Of a stretch of DNA of 64,000 nucleotides, positions 48,987-58,645 are shown one piece after another. The position numbers and the translations under genes are program-made. The stretch is from assembly GCA_965198175.1 (NCBI GenBank), contig OZ240245.1:3456001-3520000 (forward strand). Direction: 5' to 3'. Under the pieces are notes generated by a model. The model was not told the DNA's origin. It ran no database searches and was given only the letters and a program-made list of their open reading frames with translations. The stretch's first letter is position 1; each line of letters opens with the position of its first letter. This stretch comes from Candidatus Poribacteria bacterium. Lineage in GTDB: Bacteria > Poribacteria > WGA-4E > PCPOR2b.

Positions 48987-51221
48987 ATGTGCGCGCATGA
49001 GACGACAGCGGAGAATCCCAGCGAGTCCAGCTCTTGGGTCCTATCAAACAGCAGCGCGACCGTCGTGTTATCCGAAGAGAACGGCGGGCTGGCAGCTTTC
49101 GTTGATGAGGCATCCCGATACGACTTCGTCGGCGAGCCGCAGCCGCTCTACGGGCTTCTTCTGTTTGGAAAGGACAAGGAACTCGGCGAACTCGACTCCA
49201 CGCTCGCTGGACCGCCAAAGGTAGAACAGGAGACCACTCCGGATGGAGAGGCGCTCACGCTGACCTACGATCGCCACGGCGAACTCGACCTCGCGGTCAC
49301 CTGCCGCGTCCTGCTGGTAACGGACTCCGCGATGACCCGATGGGCCATCTCCGTACGGAACAACACGTCATACGGCGTCCACGCCATTCGCTACCCGGTC
49401 ATCGTCGCCCCGACGGTGCTGGGGGAATCCGTCGAGGACGGCGTGTTCGTCTGGAGCTGGTTCGGCGGCCAGATCCGGCGCCAACCGGGTCGAACGGAGC
49501 CCGTGCATGACCGGGCGGAATTCGTCGCCGACCGTGGGCGTCGCTCCAATTGGATGCCGAGCCAATACCCAGGACCGATCAGCGTCCAGCTCCAGGCATA
49601 TTACGACGACGGGGCCGGTCTGTACATGGCAACGTACGATGACGCGGGCAACGTCAAGCGCTTCGGAATCGCGCGCATCCCGGAAGGCCTCAACCTGTCG
49701 ATCGAGCACAACTACGACGAGCGTCCCGGACTCGATTTCGACCTGCCGTATGAAACCATGCTGGGCATCTTCCACGGCGACTGGTACACGGCCGCGGACA
49801 TCTACAAGGCCTGGGCACGAGACCAGCACTGGTGCTCGACCAGAGTGGCCGAGAGAACCGACCTGCCCGACTGGCTCAAGGAGCCGAGACCTTGGCCCAT
49901 CACCGTCGCGCGCGGAAACTACGGGCGAATCCGTGGCGTCCTCGCCCACCCGCCTGCCGAGCACCCGCTCGCGAGGTTCTGGCCAGCGAGGAATTGCGTG
50001 CTTCTCATACGTCAATATGCGGCTATCTGGGAGACGCCCGTGGTGACGTTCATGGAAGGTTGGGAAGGCATTGGCGCACCGGGAGGACCGGTCGGGATCT
50101 TCCCGCCGTATGAGGGAGAGCAGAACTTCAAGGCGGCTATGGAAGAGCTGAATCGGGACGGGAACTACCCGTTTATGTACCTCGCCGGATTCCACTGGTG
50201 CTGGAAACGGCCCTCCACCGGCTACGACGACTGGGACCATTTCGAACGCGAGGGATGCCCGATGGCGGCCTTGACCGACCAAGGCGAGCTAATGGTCAGC
50301 GACATGAACTCGCGCACGTACATGGACGGGCAGAAGTACTTCGTCGCGCTCTGCACCGGCTCTCAGAAGACCCAGGACCTCTTCGTCGAGAGTTTCGTGC
50401 GCCTGATGGACCTCGGCTCGGTCGCTGTCCAGATGGATCAGCAGGTCGGCTTCTACGCCGAGGTCTGCTACAGCGAAGAACACGACCATCCGCCCGGATA
50501 CGGCCACTGGATGGTCGACAAGACGCTCGAGTTCCTCGATAGGACGCTCGAGGCGATCAGGAGCAAGAGGGCCGACGCGTTCTTGAGCGTCGAAGCGCCG
50601 TGCGAGATATGGAACCAGAAGCTCGGAATCGTCTTCCATCGCCCGTACAGCCCGCACACCGTGCCCCTTTTCGACTATCTGTACCACGAATACGCGATGG
50701 CCTTCGGAGGCGACGCTCTCATGGGCGTCTGCCACCCGGATGCATCTCTTATGAAGCACGCGACCGCTGCGGTCTGCGGGCTCCAAAACGCCGTCGGCGT
50801 GGGCGAAGCGGAATATGACTTCAATGTTGACCCCGACTACCCCATCCTAGTGCTGCTGCGCAACATCTGCCAGGCACAGAGGACGTACGCCCACAACTAC
50901 CTCGTCTTCGGAGAGATGCTGAGGCCCACTGAGCTCCAGGTCTCACGCGTCACGGTCGATCTCTTCCGACGCCCCGGCACTGTCGACATACCGCGTGTTG
51001 TCCACAGCGTCTGGCGCGCCCTGAACGGCCGGATCGGCTACGTGTTGGTCAACTGGGCCGGCGAGCCGGAGGACGTCTGCTTGGAACTGCGGCCTGGAGC
51101 GGGCGGCGTCGTCACCATCGTAGGAACTGGCCAGCCGGAACCTGCGCCACGCGAGGTGCACGAGGACGCTGTCACTCTCACGCTATCGCCGCGAGGCGTC
51201 ACCTTGGTCGAACATGACTAG
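48987..51221 (+). CDS. DUF6259-like putative glycoside hydrolase
   Basis: GLYMATYD..GNVK, GDWYTAADIYKAWA, LC......QD, MDQ, C....H.HPPG and VPLFDYLYHEY. Confidence 0.7.
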   Translation: MCAHETTAENPSESSSWVLSNSSATVVLSEENGGLAAFVDEASRYDFVGEPQPLYGLLLFGKDKELGELDSTLAGPPKVEQETTPDGEALTLTYDRHGELDLAVTCRVLLVTDSAMTRWAISVRNNTSYGVHAIRYPVIVAPTVLGESVEDGVFVWSWFGGQIRRQPGRTEPVHDRAEFVADRGRRSNWMPSQYPGPISVQLQAYYDDGAGLYMATYDDAGNVKRFGIARIPEGLNLSIEHNYDERPGLDFDLPYETMLGIFHGDWYTAADIYKAWARDQHWCSTRVAERTDLPDWLKEPRPWPITVARGNYGRIRGVLAHPPAEHPLARFWPARNCVLLIRQYAAIWETPVVTFMEGWEGIGAPGGPVGIFPPYEGEQNFKAAMEELNRDGNYPFMYLAGFHWCWKRPSTGYDDWDHFEREGCPMAALTDQGELMVSDMNSRTYMDGQKYFVALCTGSQKTQDLFVESFVRLMDLGSVAVQMDQQVGFYAEVCYSEEHDHPPGYGHWMVDKTLEFLDRTLEAIRSKRADAFLSVEAPCEIWNQKLGIVFHRPYSPHTVPLFDYLYHEYAMAFGGDALMGVCHPDASLMKHATAAVCGLQNAVGVGEAEYDFNVDPDYPILVLLRNICQAQRTYAHNYLVFGEMLRPTELQVSRVTVDLFRRPGTVDIPRVVHSVWRALNGRIGYVLVNWAGEPEDVCLELRPGAGGVVTIVGTGQPEPAPREVHEDAVTLTLSPRGVTLVEHD

Positions 51222-51353
51222 TGCGTCACGGGAGAAGTTTCTCGATAGTTAAACCGTCAACGGACGACCTTAATACGTCCAGTTAAATGGATATTGAGGT
51301 TATCCACGATAAAAGTGCATTCCCCTTGGGAATCCTGTTGTGTCAAGTGATTT

Positions 51354-51560
51354 ATGCCACAAACTATTAGCGCCACCGATGTGGACCGCAGAGGTGCGAG
51401 CGTCGTCGCGCTCCGTGCGATTGCCGTCGGCGTCATCCCGATCGTCGTCAATGCCCACTGGATCGCGCAACCGTCGAATGCCGCAGGCGCCGCGATGGTG
51501 CTGCTCACCTACCTCTCCGCTATTTATCAACACGGTCTTCATCACGGCGCAAAACGGCGC
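51354..51560 (+). pseudogene. Possible internally deleted DUF6785-type membrane protein remnant
   Basis: RAIAVGVIPIVVNAHWI resembles the family N-terminus and is joined to a LSAIYQHG-like C-terminal segment. Confidence 0.35.
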
Positions 51561-51660
51561 GTTGCAGTTGGAACCCGGAAGGGCTGCAGTCCCGCACCAG
51601 AACTGAACGGGCGCAATCAGAGGCAAGCGGCGCGAATGTGTGGTTCGCAATATATTTTAC

Positions 51661-51734
51661 TTGACAGCAGCGAAATTTAGGAACATAATAACTGATGGTC
51701 TGACCTTTAATAAGTTTAACGCAAAACCAGAGAA
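51661..51734 (+). promoter_or_regulatory. Promoter plus FadR-type operator of the GntR gene (copy 2 of the repeat)
   Basis: TTGACA-N17-CATAAT followed by TGGTCTGACC. Confidence 0.7.
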
Positions 51735-51869
51735 TTAGGTCTCAGGTTTAGGGGCACTCGTCCCGAATGCCCCCTCTGTTTCGGTTTTAAGCGACGCTCA
51801 TGATTCCAAACAGTCTAGCTATCGTTGAATCCTTCTCATTTTCGAAATGGAAAACAGGAAGCAGCGTGA

Positions 51870-52652
51870 ATGACGATGAGACACCATAAACCAGTCAACT
51901 CAGTCATGCAAGAGATGCGACCTGTGGCTCGCACTTCTCTGAGCGATGAAATTGTCTCGCAAATTATTGACCTGATTTCGCGGGATGTGCTTAAACCTGG
52001 AGAACGGCTGCCCTCTGAACGGGAGCTTTGTAAGCAGTTTGGCGTGGGGCGCAGCTCGTTGAGAGAGGCGCTGCGTTCTCTTGCAGTCATGGGTATTCTA
52101 GATGGACGTGTTGGAGATGGCACTTTTGTCTCCGATAATAACGAGAGGTATCTGGAGAAATCCCTGCAGTGGGGTTTGCTGCTCGACCGAAAAAAAATCC
52201 AAGATCTGATTGAAACCCGGCTGATGCTAGAATCCCAAACTGCTTTTCTAGCTGCACAGAGAGCTTCATCCGAAAACATAGACGAAATTGAGCGGACTCT
52301 TCGGGGAATGGAATCATTGATTCAGCAGCCTGAGAAATATCTGGAATTTGATGTGCAATTCCACCTCACAATAGCTCAGGCTACTCAAAATTCGATACTT
52401 TACAACCTCCTGAACATGACCCGGAATTACTTGCAAACGTGGATTAAAGGGAGTCTAGACGAGCCATCGGCACCTAAAGCAGAACAACGTGCTATATTGT
52501 CCGTGCAAGAGCACCAGAAAATTCTTCAATCACTTCGAAATAGGGATGCCGAGGAGACACAGAAGGCAATGACTCAACACATCCTCTCTAGCAGCGTTAC
52601 CCTACAAGCGCATTTTGAAGATAAATCTAGGATAACTGATTCGCCGCTCTAA
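51870..52652 (+). CDS. GntR/FadR-family transcriptional regulator (FCD domain)
   Basis: LKPGERLPSERELC..FGVGRSSLREAL, D..FH..IA..T.N and EH..I. Confidence 0.95.
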   Translation: MTMRHHKPVNSVMQEMRPVARTSLSDEIVSQIIDLISRDVLKPGERLPSERELCKQFGVGRSSLREALRSLAVMGILDGRVGDGTFVSDNNERYLEKSLQWGLLLDRKKIQDLIETRLMLESQTAFLAAQRASSENIDEIERTLRGMESLIQQPEKYLEFDVQFHLTIAQATQNSILYNLLNMTRNYLQTWIKGSLDEPSAPKAEQRAILSVQEHQKILQSLRNRDAEETQKAMTQHILSSSVTLQAHFEDKSRITDSPL

Positions 52653-52965
52653 TAGCAGACGGTCAATACATTGAGATACAACTGAGTTGGACCGCGGACT
52701 TTTATCAAGAGAAGAAAACGAATTGAGCAAAGTAGAGGATAAGGAAGGTTTCTCGATTAAGTGATTACAAATTGTGAATGACAGACAGCCGTGCACCATC
52801 TTGGTTTTCCTACTCTCGCTCATACATCAGTAACACAAGGTAAATCGAAGATATGATTATCATTGAAGATCCAAAACTTAAGAATAACTTATGTCTTGAT
52901 CTATAGATTATGATTTGATACAATCATTGTAAAAAGCATACCCTATAGGAATTGAGGACTGCGCG

Positions 52966-53580
52966 TTGACTCGCATCAAAATTTGTGGAACAACGAACTT
53001 GGACGATGCATTAATTGCGGTAGAGGCGGGTGCAGACGCGCTCGGTTTTATATTTGTCCCCAACACACCCCGATATATCCACCCCGATGAAGCAGCAAAA
53101 ATCATCGAAGAGTTACCTCCTTTTATCACAACCGTCGGACTGTTTGTTAACGCTGAACAGAAAGAAATTGATACAATCGCAAACGACTGTTCTTTAGATG
53201 CGATACAGTTACACGGTGAAGAGCCACCGGAATTATGTCAAACACTGAATCGAAGAGTTGTTAAAGCATTCCGTGTTAAAGACGAATCGAGCTTGTCTCG
53301 TTTGCACGATTATCACGTCCGTGCGTATCTCTTAGATACGTATGTCAAAGGATCGATAGGCGGCACGGGAAAGGTTTTCGATTGGAATCTCGCCGTGAAG
53401 GCAAAACAGTACGGTCGAATAATCTTAGCGGGCGGACTCAATCCCCATAACATTGCGTCAGCTATTATGCAAGTGCGTCCGTATGGTGTTGATGTCAGTA
53501 GCGGCGTCGAAGTGCGCCCAGACCGCAAGGATCCTGCCAAAGTCAAGGCATTTATTGGCGCCGTGAGAGCAGCGGCTTGA
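52966..53580 (+). CDS. trpF: Phosphoribosylanthranilate isomerase
   Basis: KICG, QLHG.E, GGTG..FDW, LAGGL and GVDVSSGVE. Confidence 0.96.
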   Translation: MTRIKICGTTNLDDALIAVEAGADALGFIFVPNTPRYIHPDEAAKIIEELPPFITTVGLFVNAEQKEIDTIANDCSLDAIQLHGEEPPELCQTLNRRVVKAFRVKDESSLSRLHDYHVRAYLLDTYVKGSIGGTGKVFDWNLAVKAKQYGRIILAGGLNPHNIASAIMQVRPYGVDVSSGVEVRPDRKDPAKVKAFIGAVRAAA

Positions 53581-53583
53581 ATA

Positions 53584-54096
53584 ATGAAGACCATCGAACT
53601 AATCTACAGACGCTTGCCGGATCGCGTTAGCCATTTTCAACAGAACTTGCTTTATGAAGACAGTGAAGTGATTGTGACATCTCAGCAAGTCAAGCCTTCA
53701 AACCCAATTGTGATTGATGGTGTGACAGTGCTTGGCGATGACTTTACGGCAATCTGGTTTGTCTTCGCCAACCAATGGTATGATATTGGTAAGATTTATA
53801 ATCTAAACAATCAACTCACGGGCTACTACTGTGACATAATTACGCCGATGAAACGAACAGAAACGTCCATCGAAATTACCGATTTATTTTTAGATCTGTG
53901 GGTTTCGCCGGATGGAAGCTATCAGCTTCATGACGAAGATGAATTTGAGGTCGCTATTCAGCACAATTGGATACAGTCTGATCTAGCAGAAAAGGCGAGG
54001 AACATGCTACATAATTTGATTTCCGAGGTTGAGCTAAGCGTTTTCCCGCCTGAGATTGTATCTCATTGGGGATTACCGCATCTAAATGGAAATTAG
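53584..54096 (+). CDS. DUF402-domain protein
   Basis: GYYCDI, DLFLDLWV.PDG....D.DEF. Confidence 0.85.
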   Translation: MKTIELIYRRLPDRVSHFQQNLLYEDSEVIVTSQQVKPSNPIVIDGVTVLGDDFTAIWFVFANQWYDIGKIYNLNNQLTGYYCDIITPMKRTETSIEITDLFLDLWVSPDGSYQLHDEDEFEVAIQHNWIQSDLAEKARNMLHNLISEVELSVFPPEIVSHWGLPHLNGN

Positions 54097-54158
54097 GCAT
54101 TAGGTGCGTGCTTAATTCTAATCCGATATGCAACAACTTTCACGGAGGTTATAGCAAT

Positions 54159-55151
54159 ATGTCCATGATAATGGAAGGGGTTGGCAGTGATTTCAGGTTA
54201 TTCTCCGGGCGTGCAAATCCGGAGTTTGCAAAGGAGGTTGCTGCGATTTTGGGCGTTGAACTTGGTAGGATTTCAATCCGTGCATTCCCAAACAGTGAGA
54301 CCAGCGTCCAGATTGAAGAAAGTATTCGCGGCACAGATATTTATATCATTCAACCAACATGTGAACCTGCCAACGACCACTTGATGGAATTACTCCTTAC
54401 CATAGATGCAATGAAACGCGCATCTGCCCGACAGATAACCGCTGTTATTCCGTACTTTGGTTACGCTCGCCAGGACCACAAAACTACTGGGCGGGAACCG
54501 ATTAGCGCAAAATTGGTTGCTGAACTCCTGACGACCGCTGGCGCGAATCGTGTCGTGGCACTGGACCTACACGCATCTCAGATTCAAGGCTTCTTCGATA
54601 TTCCCATGGATCACCTCACTGCTGTCGCAACATTGGCGAACTACTTCAAAGAGAAGCGTATCGAAAACGGGGTTATCGCCTCTCCCGATGTCGGACGCGC
54701 AAAGTTAGCAGAAAAGTACATGGATATGCTTGAACTACCATTGGCTTTAATGCACAAACGGCGCAGTGGTGTAGGAGGTCAACAGGTTGAATTTGTTGAA
54801 CTTGTCGGCGATGTTGCCGGTAGAACCCCAATAATTATCGACGATGAAATTGCGACTGGCGGTACGATTTACAAACAGGTCGAAGCATTAGCCATAGCAG
54901 GCGCAAACCCCGCGTATATCAGCGTCACCCATCCCGTACTCGTCGGATCTGCACTTGAGCGGCTAAGTCACCCAGGCATTCAAGAGGTGGTCGTCACCAA
55001 TACGATTCCAGTTCCCGCTGAAAAACAACTAAACGGCAAAATTAAGGTGCTTTCCATTGCGCCGCTCGTTGCCGAAGCTATCTTGAGAATTCACCAACAT
55101 CGTTCTGTCAGCAAGGTGTTCTTCGATCAGAAACTGGTGTTTCCGGTGTGA
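54159..55151 (+). CDS. prs: Ribose-phosphate pyrophosphokinase
   Basis: PYFGYARQD, DLHASQIQGFF, SPDVG and DDEIATGGT. Confidence 0.96.
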   Translation: MSMIMEGVGSDFRLFSGRANPEFAKEVAAILGVELGRISIRAFPNSETSVQIEESIRGTDIYIIQPTCEPANDHLMELLLTIDAMKRASARQITAVIPYFGYARQDHKTTGREPISAKLVAELLTTAGANRVVALDLHASQIQGFFDIPMDHLTAVATLANYFKEKRIENGVIASPDVGRAKLAEKYMDMLELPLALMHKRRSGVGGQQVEFVELVGDVAGRTPIIIDDEIATGGTIYKQVEALAIAGANPAYISVTHPVLVGSALERLSHPGIQEVVVTNTIPVPAEKQLNGKIKVLSIAPLVAEAILRIHQHRSVSKVFFDQKLVFPV

Positions 55152-55433
55152 TCAGCGCGCAAGATTCGCGTCGACCGCGAGCTCACAAAACTGCTCTCCA
55201 CCACGGACGCTTGCTCCTGTGAGATAATCCATCGAACAGACATCTCGACCTGAACTGGGAACACCATCAGACCTAGAGACATTAAACACAAACTACGGGC
55301 TACAGGAGGGCGTACGCAACGGCTGCGATTCACACTTCGCGTTCCGCCACTGCCACGTCGGCTACATCCTCCCCAAATCCAACATCGGACAGGGCACTGA
55401 AAATCGTGCTTCGCATCAATTTAAGGAAATCAC

Positions 55434-55874
55434 ATGAAAACCACTGAGTCAACAAGTAAACGCATAAATAGCCTATCCATAGGTAGGGAAGAAATAAAAA
55501 GTGGCGAATATAAGCCAACAGCCCTAGGCATTACTTATAACAACAGCAAAGACGAACGTCCGTTTGACCGTGCCTTTGAAGTGTATGATTGGAATGACTT
55601 GTTACCAGCGTTGTGCGAGGAATTGTTTGCGATACATGGCGACCAATTCGAAATCGAAGCCAAATCTGGCAAATTTCCGTATTTGTCTACCATGCTGCCA
55701 AATTACCAAAAAACACCCGATTCTTGGCAAAGGATGAAGCACTGTCGCATTAGCATATTCAAGACCCGCTCTGCCGCTGAAATTATAGGAAAAATGGTAG
55801 AGCTTATCACACATTTTAGTAACAATAAGGAGGTATCAGTACGTTTATTGACACACCATCTGAAATATGAATAA
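55434..55874 (+). CDS. Hypothetical protein (weak resemblance to SeqA-like DNA-binding domains found with restriction systems)
   Basis: AAGGA RBS; KP.....W.DLL..LCE.L...H...F..YLS...SA..I...L..F pattern; AT-rich. Confidence 0.55.
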   Translation: MKTTESTSKRINSLSIGREEIKSGEYKPTALGITYNNSKDERPFDRAFEVYDWNDLLPALCEELFAIHGDQFEIEAKSGKFPYLSTMLPNYQKTPDSWQRMKHCRISIFKTRSAAEIIGKMVELITHFSNNKEVSVRLLTHHLKYE

Positions 55875-56076
55875 AATTCTGAAGTTGTTGACGAGCGTGC
55901 TTTGTGGTTTCTTCGCCTTCATACTCATCGGTTGCATCTTGACAATTGCATTCCTTTGTCTAAGCGACGCATACAGCACTGCGAAGATCCTACTCGCAGG
56001 TGAACCCAACTTCGATGGCGGGGGGGCAATTTTTTCCACACTCATATTGACGAGTACAAAAAGTGGGAGTCCGTGA
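55867..56076 (+). CDS. Small hypothetical membrane protein
   Basis: Hydrophobic N-terminus; overlaps the previous stop codon. Confidence 0.4.
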   Translation: MNKILKLLTSVLCGFFAFILIGCILTIAFLCLSDAYSTAKILLAGEPNFDGGGAIFSTLILTSTKSGSP

Positions 56077-56249
56077 AATCGAATTGGCATTTTTATGTCT
56101 TGCTCGGTGCCGCCGGTGTCGCCCTCATAATCCTCAGCCTAATTATCGCTTGCTTAACCTTCATGTTGATGCGAAAGAAAATTTACACGCCATGTGAAAG
56201 GTCGTCGATTATTAAATCTTAAACACCAACTTACTAACGGAGGTACTCA

Positions 56250-56906
56250 ATGAATACAATCCATAAACTTGCATACATCACTATCGGAGGCGTATTAGTT
56301 GCAGTCGGCATGATGATTTCACCACTCAATGCGCAAAAAGATAAATTCGGGGAAATTGAGTGTACAAGTTTGAAGGTAGTCGATGCCGACGGGGAAGTAA
56401 AAGCTTGGTTAGGCGTTAATGAATTTGGCGGCGGGTTTGTAAGCGTCGGTGGTAACGATGGAAGGCCGAGAGTTGCCGTAAGCGTTGATGCCTTTGGTGA
56501 CGGAGTTATAAGCGTCAGCGGTAACGATGGGAAGGGGATAATTAACTTACGTGTTGATGAAAATGGCAACGGGGTTGTAGATGTCGGCGGTAAAGATAGC
56601 AGGAAGCCTAGAGTTACCTTAGGCGTTAATGAAGTTGGCGGCGGCGTTGTAGGTGTCGGCGATGCCGATGATGAAAAAGCTACAGCTTTCATAGCCGTTG
56701 ATGAAGATGGTAACGGAGCTTTATTCGTCGGCGGTAATGATGGGAAGATTGCGATTGGTTTAGGCGCTGCTGAAAATGGCGGCGGGCTTGTAGAGGTCTA
56801 CGGTAACGATGAGAAGAGGAGAGCTGCCTTAGGCGTTGATAAAATTGGGGCCGGTGTCGTCGAACTTTATAGCAAATTTGGGAAACAGCGAACAATAAGA
56901 CCATGA
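56250..56906 (+). CDS. Exported protein with about 7 Gly-rich repeats of about 23 aa
   Basis: GGAGG RBS, N-terminal TM/signal, FGEIEC.SL.VVD..G, then repeats of LGV.E.G.G.V.V.G.DG. Confidence 0.8.
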   Translation: MNTIHKLAYITIGGVLVAVGMMISPLNAQKDKFGEIECTSLKVVDADGEVKAWLGVNEFGGGFVSVGGNDGRPRVAVSVDAFGDGVISVSGNDGKGIINLRVDENGNGVVDVGGKDSRKPRVTLGVNEVGGGVVGVGDADDEKATAFIAVDEDGNGALFVGGNDGKIAIGLGAAENGGGLVEVYGNDEKRRAALGVDKIGAGVVELYSKFGKQRTIRP

Positions 56907-57114
56907 CAACCCCTGAAGAAAAGAGAAATAAATGTTAGGGCGGTCGTTTCTTATCGGCAAATTCAAAGATGTATTTGGGTTCGTTCTCAGAGTGCTGGTG
57001 ATAATCGTATCACTTCCAATCGGCTTATTCGCAGTAGCGATTTGCCTCGACAACCTATTTGATAATAAAACCGTTGAAAATCAACTAATGATGTGACAAT
57101 AGTATTTTCAGGTT

Positions 57115-57846
57115 TTACGATTCACGCTTTTTGTGCCACTTCTTCTCAAAGTTGTCTCGTGGGGTAAAACCGAGAATCCGTTTTGCTTTCTCGTTAGAGA
57201 ATTGCTGATGCGGAAGATTTGCGAAGATATTGAATACCTCACACCGAGATGGAAGTTTGGCAAGGTCGATTTCCAATCCCAACCGGAATACGTCCGCCGC
57301 ATCTCGCCACGAGACAGAGAACGAATGGATATCTGTGCCTTCGCCCGCAACATCGTGAGCATGGAAGGCTAGAAAGAGAAAACAGAGAACATAAATGTCG
57401 TAATTCTCTGTGAAAACTCTACAAATTTCCTGCCCAAGCCCCTTTGAGATTGAATACAGAAGTGTCCCCGGATGTGGAGGGACATCTGGATTGATTTCGT
57501 AGTCGTAGTCCGTGTAGGAACTTCCCGCGATGGTAAAATGGGGACCAGTGTTAATCACTCTCTGAATACCGTGTTCAACCGCCGCTCGCATCGTATTGTA
57601 GCAACCGCTTGTGTTCACATCGAACGCAAGCTGTCGATCCTCACGTAAAACCGAACAGTTGATGATAGCCTCCATCCCCTCCGCAGCCTTCATGACCTCA
57701 TCAAGAGATCCAACGTCAACGTGCATGGATTCATGCTCTGTCTCAATCGGTGTAATGTCCGTGATTCGCAGTTGGTGATGTGGCTCTAATGCTTTCACGA
57801 GATGGGGACCCAAAAGACCGTGTCCACCCAAGATTAATACCTTCAT
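57115..57846 (-). CDS. NAD-dependent epimerase/dehydratase (uronate dehydrogenase-like)
   Basis: GGHGLLG and YSISK. Confidence 0.88.
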   Translation of the reverse strand: MKVLILGGHGLLGPHLVKALEPHHQLRITDITPIETEHESMHVDVGSLDEVMKAAEGMEAIINCSVLREDRQLAFDVNTSGCYNTMRAAVEHGIQRVINTGPHFTIAGSSYTDYDYEINPDVPPHPGTLLYSISKGLGQEICRVFTENYDIYVLCFLFLAFHAHDVAGEGTDIHSFSVSWRDAADVFRLGLEIDLAKLPSRCEVFNIFANLPHQQFSNEKAKRILGFTPRDNFEKKWHKKRES

Positions 57847-57849
57847 TAT

Positions 57850-58557
57850 TCACCTCTCAATAGAAAATTGCGGGCTGAATTTTAGGGAATCCTTCGCTTT
57901 GAGGATGGAGAAGCGTGAATTTGGTAATTCCGATTGGACATGGAAGATTTCCCATCTTGCGGCAGGCGCCTTCAGTGCGCACTCAAAAATATGGACGGCA
58001 TCTTTCATTTCAAGCCATGTCGCGTCAAACGGCTGATTTGAAACTTCAGCATCGGTGACTAGGGCGCCTAATCTAAGGCAGGTGATGTTGATGAGACCTT
58101 CACGGGCAAACTCGCGGCACACGAACTCACCGAGGTACTTGGAGAGAATGGAAGCGTCTGTTGTGGGCAACGGACGCCAGCTTTCGGTCACAGCCCAATC
58201 TTCATCATACCTATCCATGACGCGGAGAGTGCTCGCATAGATGACACGAGTGACTTTTTCGGCAGCCGCTGCCGACACCATGTTGTAGGTACATCGTGTT
58301 AGAAAGTCGATTTCCAAATTTGCAGCATCCTTTGATTCTGAAAGCAGGACGTGAGGCAACTCTGCCAGATGGATAATGACATCTATTCCTCGCACTAACC
58401 GAATTGTTTCCTCCCCGTGACCGAGATTGCTGCGGACGAACTCAAAATCTGTTTCGACATCAATCAGATCCGTCAGGCGAATCTGATGTTCACTTGACAA
58501 GACTGCTGCTAACGTTTGAGCCAAATCAGAAGCGGCAGAAGTGATTAAAAGCTTCAT
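57850..58557 (-). CDS. NAD-dependent epimerase/dehydratase paralogue with degenerate motifs
   Basis: LRLTD, IHLA, YAST and CLRLG present; TSAASDLA replaces GxxGxxG and SILSK replaces YxxxK. Confidence 0.8.
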   Translation of the reverse strand: MKLLITSAASDLAQTLAAVLSSEHQIRLTDLIDVETDFEFVRSNLGHGEETIRLVRGIDVIIHLAELPHVLLSESKDAANLEIDFLTRCTYNMVSAAAAEKVTRVIYASTLRVMDRYDEDWAVTESWRPLPTTDASILSKYLGEFVCREFAREGLINITCLRLGALVTDAEVSNQPFDATWLEMKDAVHIFECALKAPAARWEIFHVQSELPNSRFSILKAKDSLKFSPQFSIER

Positions 58558-58645
58558 CTTGAAATCTCCAAAAGCGGAAGCTGGTTATAATTTGTGTCAT
58601 GCGCGGTGAAACACAACCGCATCAGAGGTCGCTCCCTGACAATAG

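Noticed and set aside
45990..51690. Integron cassette array
   Set aside because: No integrase, and no convincing attC sites with paired RYYYAAC/GTTRRRY ends between the genes
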